Of a DNA stretch of 64,000 nucleotides, positions 20,983 through 30,497 are shown one piece after another; the stretch's first letter is position 1; every line of letters begins with the position of its first letter. The notes beneath the pieces are model-generated. The model was not told where the DNA came from, did not search any database, and saw only the letters and a program-made list of their open reading frames with translations. A program made the position numbers and the translations under genes. Source of the DNA: a virus; IMG/VR virus record IMGVR_UViG_3300028844_006431, positions 20,111 through 84,110 of that record. One strand, given 5' to 3'.

Positions 20983-21516
20983 ATGACTTTAGAAGAAGCA
21001 TTTGAATATCATCACGAAGAAAATTTACCTTACTGTTTCAATCTTTTTCAACCTTACAGTAAAAAATTCTACGAGTTTTTTGCTGAAGCAAAAGAAAGGA
21101 AATTCACACATGAAGATGATCGAGAACTTTTTGAAGAAACAGATTTAGGTGAATTCGATACCTTTGAAGGTGCCTGGGTGCCTCTTGACTTACCTATTCT
21201 TTGTGAATCAAAGTCAGAGTATCAAGGTAAGAAAGTTGAACTGAACAAGCCAAAGCGAGGTGGTGACAAGAAATTCTATGTCTACACTCGCAATCCGCAA
21301 ACAGGGAAGGTTATCAAAGTTTCTTTTGGCGCTGAAGGTGGTGGTGGAAGTTTGAAAGTTAAGTTTAATGACCCAAAGGCAAGAAAAAACTTTGCTAGCC
21401 GTCATGATTGTGCGAATAAGAAAGATAAAACCAAGGCATCCTTTTGGAGTTGCAGGTTGCCTCGGTACGCTGCAAAACTTGGTATGAGTGTGAACAATCC
21501 AGGAGGCTATTGGTAA
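20983..21516 (+). CDS. Conserved phage hypothetical protein (probable internal head protein)
   Basis: EYQGKKVELNKPKRG..KKFYVY..VSFG..ARKNFASRHDC..WSCR, a motif familiar from T4-like marine phages. Confidence 0.75.
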   Translation: MTLEEAFEYHHEENLPYCFNLFQPYSKKFYEFFAEAKERKFTHEDDRELFEETDLGEFDTFEGAWVPLDLPILCESKSEYQGKKVELNKPKRGGDKKFYVYTRNPQTGKVIKVSFGAEGGGGSLKVKFNDPKARKNFASRHDCANKKDKTKASFWSCRLPRYAAKLGMSVNNPGGYW

Positions 21517-21776
21517 ATGAACACTTTGTTCAGAATGGAAACATTCGAACAATTGAAAATGATCCAAGCCATTTCATTTGGCATCAAGATGAATTTGACC
21601 GCATCATCTCTTTAATTTCAGGCGACAAATGGTTTCTACAAATGGAACATCAGTTGCCTGAAAAAATAGAGAAAAACAAAAACATGTATATACAAAAAGA
21701 AGTCTGGCATCGTGTGTTCTGTACAAATACGAATGCTGAGAATCATCTAATCATTTCAATACAAGACATTCAATGA
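21510..21776 (+). CDS. Small cupin-like phage protein
   Basis: WHQD..R and WFLQM..LP..YI.K.VWHRV motifs. Probable TTG start after AGGAGG; start position uncertain. Confidence 0.6.
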   Translation: MVNEHFVQNGNIRTIENDPSHFIWHQDEFDRIISLISGDKWFLQMEHQLPEKIEKNKNMYIQKEVWHRVFCTNTNAENHLIISIQDIQ

Positions 21777-22852
21777 AATCTTTTAAAGAATTACACGAAG
21801 AATATCTCGAGGAAAAAAAATATCCTAAACTGAAACAACGCAAAGATGTTAGTTCAAAAACTAAAAGCGGTAAAGATAAGTCAACACCTGAAAAAAATTA
21901 TCATGGTTTGAGCAAAGGTACCGCACAGGAAAGAGAGGATCATTGGAAGAAGCAGAGAGAAAAACATCATAGTGACTCTTCAGCTTACACACCCGCACCT
22001 GGTGATAAAAACGCCAAGACAAAGCCTTCCAAATATACAAAGGCCTATCATAAAAAATATGGTGACCCTTCAAAGGAAAAGAAGAAGGTCAGCGAAGATG
22101 TTGAAGGAGTGAACATACCATCCGAAACTTCAAAAGAAATTGAAAGACTTTCTAAATCATATAATGTAGAAGTATCTGAAATTGTAAAGCTTTATCGTAA
22201 ACTTTACGAAAGATATCGAATTATGATGAGAACTGGTAACAACGCAAGTGTTCCGAATGAAAAAGAAGCAAAGATTCTACAGGGTTCAACAATGTCGGCT
22301 ATGAAGAAAGCTTTAGAGAAAAAAGATGATGATGTAAATTCTGAAATAAAAAGAAGAAGAATGGGTGGTCAAGAACGACCTGTTCGAGAACCTCAGGATG
22401 ACCGTTTCGCTGAAATGAAAAGACGTTCACAAATGGAGTCAACTGAAAGTTCAATTAAAGAACGTGTTTTAAATGAATATTATGAAACTGTTTTTGAGGT
22501 AAATCCTGTTGAATTATATGGTGAATATTTGGAAGAAGGAAAAGCCGATACAGGATTAGCCGCTAAAGCCAAAAAAAGTGGCATATCTTTAAGTACGTTA
22601 AGAACTGTATATAATCGAGGGATGGCAGCATGGCGTGGTTCACATCGACCTGGAACTACACCTCAACAATCGGCGAATGCTAGGGTAAATTCCTATATTG
22701 CAAAAGGTAAAACTTGGCACACTGCCGATGCAGACTTACATGGCGGAAAAAAGAAAGATAATAAAACCAAGAAAAAGGGATCATCCACAAAACAATCAAC
22801 TAAACCACGTACTAAAACCGGAAGAGGTGGAAGGACTAAATTACATCCATGA
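21773..22852 (+). CDS. Basic internal head protein (DUF5824-like) with a capsid-targeting-like N-terminus
   Basis: MKSFKELHEEYLEE, KTKPSKYTK, and KAKKSGIS...VYNRGMAAW..HRPG..QQ..ARVNS. Confidence 0.7.
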   Translation: MKSFKELHEEYLEEKKYPKLKQRKDVSSKTKSGKDKSTPEKNYHGLSKGTAQEREDHWKKQREKHHSDSSAYTPAPGDKNAKTKPSKYTKAYHKKYGDPSKEKKKVSEDVEGVNIPSETSKEIERLSKSYNVEVSEIVKLYRKLYERYRIMMRTGNNASVPNEKEAKILQGSTMSAMKKALEKKDDDVNSEIKRRRMGGQERPVREPQDDRFAEMKRRSQMESTESSIKERVLNEYYETVFEVNPVELYGEYLEEGKADTGLAAKAKKSGISLSTLRTVYNRGMAAWRGSHRPGTTPQQSANARVNSYIAKGKTWHTADADLHGGKKKDNKTKKKGSSTKQSTKPRTKTGRGGRTKLHP

Positions 22853-23355
22853 AAACAAAATGTTGTGTGCCAACTGTAATACACCATATAAAACCACGTT
22901 ATATTGGTGGTACAGATGAGCCTGAAAATTTGATAGAACTAACATACAAAGAACATGCCACAGCACATTTTTTATTGTGGCTACAATACCATGATGAAAG
23001 AGATTGGTTAGCATGGCGAGGCTGCGAAGGACTTATCGGTAAAGAACAAATACATAAAGAGATATGTTCAATCGCTGGTAAGAAAAGTTACGCTGAAGGA
23101 AAAGGAATACACGATAAGACAAAAAAATCTGAATGGGCTAGAATGGGCGCAGCCGCAGCATATGCAAAACACAAAGAAAAGATAGATGCCCAGCTGAGAG
23201 AGAATGCCCGTAGAGGAGCAGAACTTGGACTTGGTGGGCATGAAGCAGGTAAATGGATTTGGATAACTAACGGACAAGAGAGTAAGAAAGTTTTGAAAGC
23301 AGAACAACTACCAGACGGATGGCGCAGAGGTCGTCATAGTCGAAAGGCAGCATGA
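22849..23355 (+). mobile_element. Free-standing HNH homing endonuclease
   Basis: HHIKPR..GGTDEPENLIELT..EH..AH, with a C-terminal WITNG..PDGWRRGR DNA-binding motif. Overlaps both neighbours by ATGA. Confidence 0.85.
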
Positions 23356-24563
23356 AAGCATTTAAACAATTCGTTATTGAAGAACAACTTTTAACTGAAG
23401 GTGGTAATTCACCTTTTATTAATCGTGAAACAGGACAAGTTCTAGGTCGTGCTGAACGTATGAACATGGCATCTGTAAATCGTAAACAGATTCAGGAGAA
23501 GTTGCTGACCATGCTTCAGGAACTTAACGTTAAATTCGGTAAAATGTTTGGCAAACCCTTATGGCCGTCTTGGTCAATTGTTGCGTCTGGTGAAGCTTTT
23601 AACGGTTCCAGTGAGCAATTTTTTGACAGCTCGATCTCTGATGCGGACTTCAAGAAATATAAGAAAACTGTTGGTGATATGGACCTGACAATCCCTCATG
23701 GTAATCTTGGACCTTTGTTTGACTTACTTGCTACTCTCGAAAATAAAAAGCTTGCTGGAGGAACTTTTATCTACAAGGGACAGAATAAAAAGAAACAGCA
23801 GGGACATCAAATCAATTCAATCTTTCAATTACAAAATCCAAAACTCAATCTTCAAATTGATTTTGAAGGTGTGAACTACGAGAAAGATAAACCAGACGCC
23901 TTTGGTAAGTTTTCACATAGTTCAAACTGGGAAGATATGAAAGCAGGTCTGAAAGGTCTGGGTCATAAACTTTTACTGATGAACATGGCAAGAGCCTTAT
24001 CCGCAATGCATAATGTAGTTGTGCTGACACCTTCCTCAACTGCTGAAAACCCTAAAGTTTCGGAAGCAGAAACAGAAAAGTTTCCCACGAACTTAGCATT
24101 CTCTGTTGATAGTGGCGCTCGTTTTAAATACGAGCCAGTGATGAAAGGTGAAACGCAATTAGAGATCAATGGTAAAAAGGCTTACAAGAAACTTCCGACA
24201 AAGAATAGTAAATACACAACAAATCTAAAAGAAATTTTTTATATGATGTTTTCAAAGAAACCATCAGAAACGGATCTGATTAAGTTTCGAAGTTTTGTAG
24301 GTATTCTTTCATTGCTCAAAGAAAAGAAAATAAAAAAACAAGTAATTATAGACATCTTTGAAAACCTTCTTACAAAAAGTATGTTCTGTAAACATTGTCA
24401 GGGAACAGAAGTAAATAATCCAGATGGTGATCGAAATACAAAAATGATCATTGTCAATAAAATGGTATCAGAATTTTCGTATCTCAAGCCGATTCTGGAC
24501 AAAGCTCAACCGATGATTGAAAAGTATTATCAAAACTATAAAGAAGTAAAGGTAGATTCATGA
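23352..24563 (+). CDS. Putative Pol-beta-superfamily nucleotidyltransferase with a capsid-targeting-like N-terminus
   Basis: MKAFKQFVIEEQLLTE, then FNGSS...GDMDL (GS..DxD) and a third carboxylate in LQIDF. Confidence 0.65.
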   Translation: MKAFKQFVIEEQLLTEGGNSPFINRETGQVLGRAERMNMASVNRKQIQEKLLTMLQELNVKFGKMFGKPLWPSWSIVASGEAFNGSSEQFFDSSISDADFKKYKKTVGDMDLTIPHGNLGPLFDLLATLENKKLAGGTFIYKGQNKKKQQGHQINSIFQLQNPKLNLQIDFEGVNYEKDKPDAFGKFSHSSNWEDMKAGLKGLGHKLLLMNMARALSAMHNVVVLTPSSTAENPKVSEAETEKFPTNLAFSVDSGARFKYEPVMKGETQLEINGKKAYKKLPTKNSKYTTNLKEIFYMMFSKKPSETDLIKFRSFVGILSLLKEKKIKKQVIIDIFENLLTKSMFCKHCQGTEVNNPDGDRNTKMIIVNKMVSEFSYLKPILDKAQPMIEKYYQNYKEVKVDS

Positions 24564-26173
24564 TGACTTTTCGCACTTTCGTAGTCAGAAAAAATTACAT
24601 AACAGAAGCCGCCTCAGGTAGACTTGATACAAGTATTGTAAATGCGGACAAAGCTTTCAAGAAGAAAGTTGAGTTCTTCTTTGTCTTAGATAAAACAGGT
24701 AATACACTCAATCCTAGAGAATATACGATTGAAGAAAAGTTTGATGGTGTCAAGTTGAATCTTTTTCGCAATAATCAAGATTTTGATCCAAAAGATTTTT
24801 CAAAGAATTGGATTGTTTCTTATAAGAACAATATTATGCATCCTGATGAATTCAAATCAGTTTCTGCTAAAAAATCAAAAGAGCAGGGAATTGGTATCAC
24901 TCAGTATCGTTTAGTGTTTGATCACTTAAGAAAGCATCATCGTCACACAAAAAGTATACCAAAGAACACTGAATTCTTTATTGAATACATGATGAAGAAA
25001 CCGACTCTCACTCGAGAGTATGAAACAAATCATTCGATGGTTCTGATTGGTTATGCTCATAATATGAAAATTGATAAGCAATCTGATTTTCGTATCTACA
25101 CTAAAGAAACTACTTTAGAGAATAAAGAAAATGCTCACTATGCGGAGATGCTTGGAATTGAAAGCGGTGCGGTAGTTTTCGAAGGATCAATTGATTCTTA
25201 TAATGACCTACATTCAGGTGCTAAGAATAAATCTTTGAAATCAGCTATTTCAAAGAATAAAAAGTTTCTACAGAAATTATATAAGGACCGTAATTGGGAT
25301 GAACTTTATACTCTGGTCAAAGAAATATTTCTTGAAGTGAAAAGTGTCTATGGTGGTAGTAAGACAGAAGGTGTTGTAATCAAAGATCATTTGACAAAAA
25401 AGACATTCAAATTCTTACAAGATGACCAACATGATAAAGATGTTCGAGCAAATGTCAAATCAAATTATAAAATGAACGATGAAGAAGAAAATAATTATTA
25501 TACAAAACTTCGTGAAATTGCTACTGAAATTTTGAATGACCTTGACCTTTCACAATCTTTCAGTGAAGTGATGAAAGAAATTTCAGCTAAAGTACATCGA
25601 TATAAACTACCTACCAAAATTCACACAAAGAAAAATATACATCAAGTTCGTGAAGACTTACATTTGACTACGAAGATGAAGTTTGAAAAACTGAAAGAAG
25701 GTTGGGCTGGTGTTGTAGGCAAGTTCCGAATTGTTACAAATGAACATGTCAAGATGATTGAATCCGCTTTTGACAAAGGTTATAAAGGTGTGACTGTAAT
25801 GATCGTTGCGGGTTCAAGAGATCCTGGATTAGCAAATGCGAGTAAAGAAATTCTTCAAGAAATCTTCAAAGGAAAGCCAATTGAATTTGTGATCGCAAAA
25901 ACAGGTAACATTGTTTCTCTTGAAAGAAAAACTCGTAATCCAATTGTAGCCTATATATGTGGACCAGATCGTGAATTAGATTATGAAAATCAACTCAAGT
26001 CAGCAAACAGTGATGCGATTGTTGATACTTACGATGGTGGTAAACGAGGAGAAGTTTCTGCGACTCAAGCAGAAGAAGCATTGAACAGTAATAACTATGG
26101 CAAGTTAGCCAAAATTGTACACGAAATTGCACTTAAACAAATTGATAAATGGTCTAAGTTTATAAAGAAATAG
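24560..26173 (+). CDS. Fusion of an ATP-dependent ligase-like (KxDG) domain and a HIGH/cytidylyltransferase-like domain
   Basis: EEKFDGVK (motif I), EFFIE, EGVVIK, FKF. C-terminal VGKFRIVTNEH, CGPDR and VSAT resemble the GRF.P.T.GH / GSDR / SAS pattern. Confidence 0.6.
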   Translation: MMTFRTFVVRKNYITEAASGRLDTSIVNADKAFKKKVEFFFVLDKTGNTLNPREYTIEEKFDGVKLNLFRNNQDFDPKDFSKNWIVSYKNNIMHPDEFKSVSAKKSKEQGIGITQYRLVFDHLRKHHRHTKSIPKNTEFFIEYMMKKPTLTREYETNHSMVLIGYAHNMKIDKQSDFRIYTKETTLENKENAHYAEMLGIESGAVVFEGSIDSYNDLHSGAKNKSLKSAISKNKKFLQKLYKDRNWDELYTLVKEIFLEVKSVYGGSKTEGVVIKDHLTKKTFKFLQDDQHDKDVRANVKSNYKMNDEEENNYYTKLREIATEILNDLDLSQSFSEVMKEISAKVHRYKLPTKIHTKKNIHQVREDLHLTTKMKFEKLKEGWAGVVGKFRIVTNEHVKMIESAFDKGYKGVTVMIVAGSRDPGLANASKEILQEIFKGKPIEFVIAKTGNIVSLERKTRNPIVAYICGPDRELDYENQLKSANSDAIVDTYDGGKRGEVSATQAEEALNSNNYGKLAKIVHEIALKQIDKWSKFIKK

Positions 26174-26178
26174 GTACT

Positions 26179-26778
26179 ATGAATGTGTTGATTGAAATTT
26201 ATGGAACACCAAAAGAAATTGTTGTTGGAGAAATCAATGAAGAACAATATGAATTCTGGAAAGAAAGAGAACATGACCTTTTGTATGGATCTGAAGGTGA
26301 ATTTCTTTCTTTCCAAGAATATTGTTTAGGAAAATATAATGAATATCAAGTCTATGAAGATTATGATTTTATTCTTGATGATTGGTCAGATGTAAATGAT
26401 GTTTATACGAATATAGGATTTTTTCAAGATGAAAACCTTAATGAAATTGAAGTCAAGTTTACACAGGTTGACTCTGAAAATTCTTTGACTATATCATATA
26501 CAGAACCTAAAATTGAAACATTCGTTGAAATTGATGAACCTGATGTTGGTTCTTTTCATTTCATAGGACAAGAAATTTATGAAAAACAATTATGTTTTTC
26601 TGCTACTGTAAATGAAGAAGATTTGAATGAAAGTATAGTCAAAGAACTATCTTTTCAGCAAGATATCATTTATGATCAAAAAATAATCACAGAGGTTTCT
26701 TTTCGAAATGTAAGTTTATTTAATAAAGCTAAAATAAATTCATCAGTGATTGAACAAAAATTCTATTTGAAACCTTAA
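26179..26778 (+). CDS. Acidic hypothetical protein
   Basis: 199-aa ORF in the operon, rich in Glu/Asp and aromatic residues. Confidence 0.65.
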   Translation: MNVLIEIYGTPKEIVVGEINEEQYEFWKEREHDLLYGSEGEFLSFQEYCLGKYNEYQVYEDYDFILDDWSDVNDVYTNIGFFQDENLNEIEVKFTQVDSENSLTISYTEPKIETFVEIDEPDVGSFHFIGQEIYEKQLCFSATVNEEDLNESIVKELSFQQDIIYDQKIITEVSFRNVSLFNKAKINSSVIEQKFYLKP

Positions 26779-27092
26779 TTTGACTCAGATATCAAGCGGT
26801 CGTAATCGACTTTAATTTCATAAGTGTAGTCCTCATAGAAATGAAATTTGATCAAATCATCTTCAAGCCGCTCTAAATATAAGAGTTGAAATTTGTTTAG
26901 AAAAACTTTTTTTGAATCAACTTCACATGTAAAAAAATACTCAGAAAATTCTGATGTGTCGATAGATTCATAGCCAGGAATTTTCAAAGATGTAGTTTTA
27001 TTGTAATGAACTGTAATGTTTTGACCTTCATATTCAATAACATTTGCATTTGAAAAATTAAATAAGAAATTATCAGCTTCGACTAAAATCAT
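26775..27092 (-). CDS. Hypothetical protein (105 aa)
   Basis: AAGGAG RBS. Possible late promoter ATAAATA at 27135-27129. Confidence 0.65.
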   Translation of the reverse strand: MILVEADNFLFNFSNANVIEYEGQNITVHYNKTTSLKIPGYESIDTSEFSEYFFTCEVDSKKVFLNKFQLLYLERLEDDLIKFHFYEDYTYEIKVDYDRLISESN

Positions 27093-27106
27093 GATTCTCC
27101 TTACGA

Positions 27107-27114
27107 TATAAATA
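27107..27114 (+). promoter_or_regulatory. T4-type late promoter TATAAATA
   Basis: Exact gp55 consensus in the intergenic region, 45 nt upstream of the fibre operon. Confidence 0.75.
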
Positions 27115-27158
27115 ATATAAGATTAAGTTATTTATCACAAAATTATAAAGGTTTATTA

Positions 27159-28439
27159 ATGGCTAGAGTAGATTCAATTCAAAAACCTACAACTCTTTTG
27201 ACTTTGAAAAAATCAAAGTCAGTAGCAAACGAAACTGCTGGAACATTAGCCGGTGAAATCATGCTGATTACAGATGATTTAGGTACTGTTCAGGGTGACA
27301 TTCGCATTTCTTCAGGTAGATACTATCATACTCTTCCTTTTGTTCAAGTAGGCTCAATTATTTATTACGCAGGAGAACACGTTCCTGATGGTTATCTTAT
27401 TTGCGATGGTTCACTTGTTTCACAAAGATTATATCCAGAACTATTTGATAAAATACAAAATTTTTGGTGGAAACGACCATTCAAACATGATAATCAACAA
27501 GATGCTACAGAAGTTTATTATGTAGGTTCAGGTGGAACTCGTCCAACGGGATCGTTAGAAACTTGGTTTTGGAGCAATTGGAAGATTAAATTTCTTCAAG
27601 AAGACCATCCTTCAGGTCCTCAATTTAATACATATGGCAAAATCTTTCAAGAAAGAGATGACCAATTTGAACCTTATTATCAAAAAATTCAGTATCCTTC
27701 ATGGACTAGATCTTGGATTTCCAGTGAAATATCATCTCAGGGTAATTTTTTATTTAATGGCGGTACAAATTTTAACGCAGAATTTAATGCTGCGTACGGT
27801 CGTCTTCCTGATCCAGCAATAGATATAGTTCGTGATCCTGTTTTTGCTTTACCCAACTTTACAAGTTTATATACGGCTGAAGCAACAGAAAGAGAAAAAT
27901 TACAAGGTTACTTTGTTCGTAATTTGAATGAAAATTATACAGAGTCGCATCCAGATTATTATAAAACTGAATATGATGAAAGAGGATTGTGGAATTGGTC
28001 TTATCATGATGGTTCAAATTATAGAAGTTCTGGACCAGTTGAATTTCATAAAATTATGAGAAGTTATAGTTCTCTTCAAGAAAATGAAGTTCGACGACAT
28101 CGACATCGACTTGAAGATGTTGGTGAAGGCCCGGGAAGGTCAGGTAAATCAGGCGCTCATGCTCATGATTATCATGGTTCTGTGAATTCTACCAATGGAG
28201 ATCCTTTAGGTAGAGCGGTTGCCGGAGTCGCCGGTAGAGAAGACCAATTCGGTAGAAGGGCAACAACAGTTGAAACTTTTGATTCTGGATGGCATAACCA
28301 TTTTGGTTATGTAGGGTTTGGACATTCTGTAGACCATGAGGAGCATGAAACTTATGTTGTCAATAAAAAAGATGAAACTCTGAATTCTATTGAAACAAGA
28401 CCATGGTCTTATTCAGTACAATTTTGTATAAAATACTAA
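27159..28439 (+). CDS. Tail fibre with phage tail collar domain, paralog 1
   Basis: VGSIIYYAG..VPDGYLICDG..YPELF, FALPN, HxH motifs, ETRP..FCIKY. Confidence 0.88.
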   Translation: MARVDSIQKPTTLLTLKKSKSVANETAGTLAGEIMLITDDLGTVQGDIRISSGRYYHTLPFVQVGSIIYYAGEHVPDGYLICDGSLVSQRLYPELFDKIQNFWWKRPFKHDNQQDATEVYYVGSGGTRPTGSLETWFWSNWKIKFLQEDHPSGPQFNTYGKIFQERDDQFEPYYQKIQYPSWTRSWISSEISSQGNFLFNGGTNFNAEFNAAYGRLPDPAIDIVRDPVFALPNFTSLYTAEATEREKLQGYFVRNLNENYTESHPDYYKTEYDERGLWNWSYHDGSNYRSSGPVEFHKIMRSYSSLQENEVRRHRHRLEDVGEGPGRSGKSGAHAHDYHGSVNSTNGDPLGRAVAGVAGREDQFGRRATTVETFDSGWHNHFGYVGFGHSVDHEEHETYVVNKKDETLNSIETRPWSYSVQFCIKY

Positions 28440-28453
28440 AGGTATAATTAACA

Positions 28454-30496
28454 ATGGCGTTACAATCAATTAAATCAGGAGCCTTCAAATTTTCAAAAAC
28501 AATTGAAAATCTTGATAAAGTTTCAACAGCAGGTTCAATTATTATTTCTGTAGATGATGATACAAATTTGACAGGTGATATTCGTGTTCATGATGGTGTA
28601 ACACCAGGAGGAATTTCTGCTCCTCCACCAGGAACAGTTTCTTATATTATTACTGAAAGAAAATTAATTGAAGAAGTATTTATAGCAAATGTTCATTCTG
28701 ATTTTATAACAACAGCGCCTGGAGGAATTGGCAACGCTATTTCATTTTCAGCAAATTATCCAGCTTCTGGTAATTTAGATACTGGTCCTTATCGTTTTTT
28801 TGGTATTCAAATAGAAACAGAACGTAAAGACATACCTTTGGATGCTATTGATGCTTTGAGTGATAAATTCTTTTTATTCCCAACACTAAGAGGAACGGGT
28901 GAGACAAAATTTGATATTACACATTTATTAAGAGATTCATCTACGGGATTTCAGTATCCTTATACAAGTGAATTAATGTCATCAAGTGCTAGTAATCCTA
29001 ATCGTAAAATCGAAAGAACTGGTTTAGTGATTCCCGATGATACTGAATTAAGCCGTTTTATGTATTCATTTGATGCTGATGCAAATACAATCACAATTTC
29101 TGCAGATGATTTTATTTTTCCTTTAAAGACAGGGGATAAAATAAAATTACAATATGTAGATGGTGATACAGGATTTCAAGATCCTGATGGTTGGTTTTAT
29201 TGTGATGGTAGAAGAGTGAAAAAAGAATTTTATTCTGCTTTGTTTCGTGAGATTGGTGATATATGGAATATATCACCAAGTGATAGAGATATCTTTGATC
29301 CAGGTTTTTATATAAATCGTGCTACTTTTCCATTTCAAGATATTCGTGAATATTTTTCACAAGGATTTGAAAAAAGATTTGATGTAAATTATTCAAACGG
29401 AAGAGTTCGTGTATTTAAAGCACCTTCGGGATTACCAAATGATATAGTTGAAGTTCCAACATCAGATTATACATTAGGGACAGCCGGAGATGGTCAGACT
29501 TATATTCGTTTTCCTGATGATAAAATACCGCAATCTGGAGAAAGAATTTTAGTTGTTGGAACTCCAGATAGTGATGAATTTCAAATACCAGATTTTCGTG
29601 GGTTTTATTTGCGGGCTTGGAATTCAAAAAGATTCATTGATACAAAAGGTGTAACTCATTACACGCCTCCTGGAATTCTATCAAAAAAACATTATGCTGT
29701 TCAAAAACACTCCCACTTTATAGGACTTGCCACTGGTGGTAAACACAAACATAAATATATACCTTGGGAATTTGGTGGAAATTCACCATTTGCAAAAGCA
29801 GTTTGGGGTGATTGGCCAACAAATATGCCAACTGGTGAAAACTCATGGCTGAGTTCGTATACTCATCACAGCCCAAGTTTAATTGGAACAGGGGAAGATT
29901 TTTATGGAAAATGGCAACATGATGCAACTGAAGCTGAAGTAGGAAGTAATATTGATATAAAACGAAGAACTAAGTTATGGCAAGTTGGAGTAGGAAATTA
30001 TTCAAAAGTAGAACCTGATAAAGCGCATAGAGGTTATAGTAATGCATCAGGATATCAAGATTGGTCTCTAGATGGTTCTTGGAATTATTCAAAAGATCAT
30101 GTTTCGTACGTTCTTGGTTCAGGGCCTTGTAATATGGTTGATTTTGGTCCTTCAAGAATTGAAAACACGACTTTTAATTATCGTCATAAACATTTTATAA
30201 AATTTTCAAAAACAATTATTGACCCAGGTGATATTCGTGGAAGAAGTTCAGCCGCTCTTGGATATGAAGGTCCAGGTTCAGGCATTTTCACTAATGGGCA
30301 TACATACCTAGGAACATCTCGAACTGGATGGCAAACTGAACATAACAATCAACCGGTATATGGTTACGAAAGCTATAACAGTGGTACTGGTGTATCAAAA
30401 GCTCAAGGTGGATATCGAGTTGAAGGTAGAGATACTACAAGTTTACATGAAGTTGATATCACAAATATAAAATTACCAACTTTTATAAAGTACTAA
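28454..30496 (+). CDS. Tail fibre with collar domain, paralog 2
   Basis: N-terminal RVHDGVTPGG (Mtd_N-like), PDGWFYCDG..YSALF, FQIPDFRGFYLR, HSH/HKH, FIKY end. Confidence 0.85.
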   Translation: MALQSIKSGAFKFSKTIENLDKVSTAGSIIISVDDDTNLTGDIRVHDGVTPGGISAPPPGTVSYIITERKLIEEVFIANVHSDFITTAPGGIGNAISFSANYPASGNLDTGPYRFFGIQIETERKDIPLDAIDALSDKFFLFPTLRGTGETKFDITHLLRDSSTGFQYPYTSELMSSSASNPNRKIERTGLVIPDDTELSRFMYSFDADANTITISADDFIFPLKTGDKIKLQYVDGDTGFQDPDGWFYCDGRRVKKEFYSALFREIGDIWNISPSDRDIFDPGFYINRATFPFQDIREYFSQGFEKRFDVNYSNGRVRVFKAPSGLPNDIVEVPTSDYTLGTAGDGQTYIRFPDDKIPQSGERILVVGTPDSDEFQIPDFRGFYLRAWNSKRFIDTKGVTHYTPPGILSKKHYAVQKHSHFIGLATGGKHKHKYIPWEFGGNSPFAKAVWGDWPTNMPTGENSWLSSYTHHSPSLIGTGEDFYGKWQHDATEAEVGSNIDIKRRTKLWQVGVGNYSKVEPDKAHRGYSNASGYQDWSLDGSWNYSKDHVSYVLGSGPCNMVDFGPSRIENTTFNYRHKHFIKFSKTIIDPGDIRGRSSAALGYEGPGSGIFTNGHTYLGTSRTGWQTEHNNQPVYGYESYNSGTGVSKAQGGYRVEGRDTTSLHEVDITNIKLPTFIKY

Positions 30497-30497
30497 A

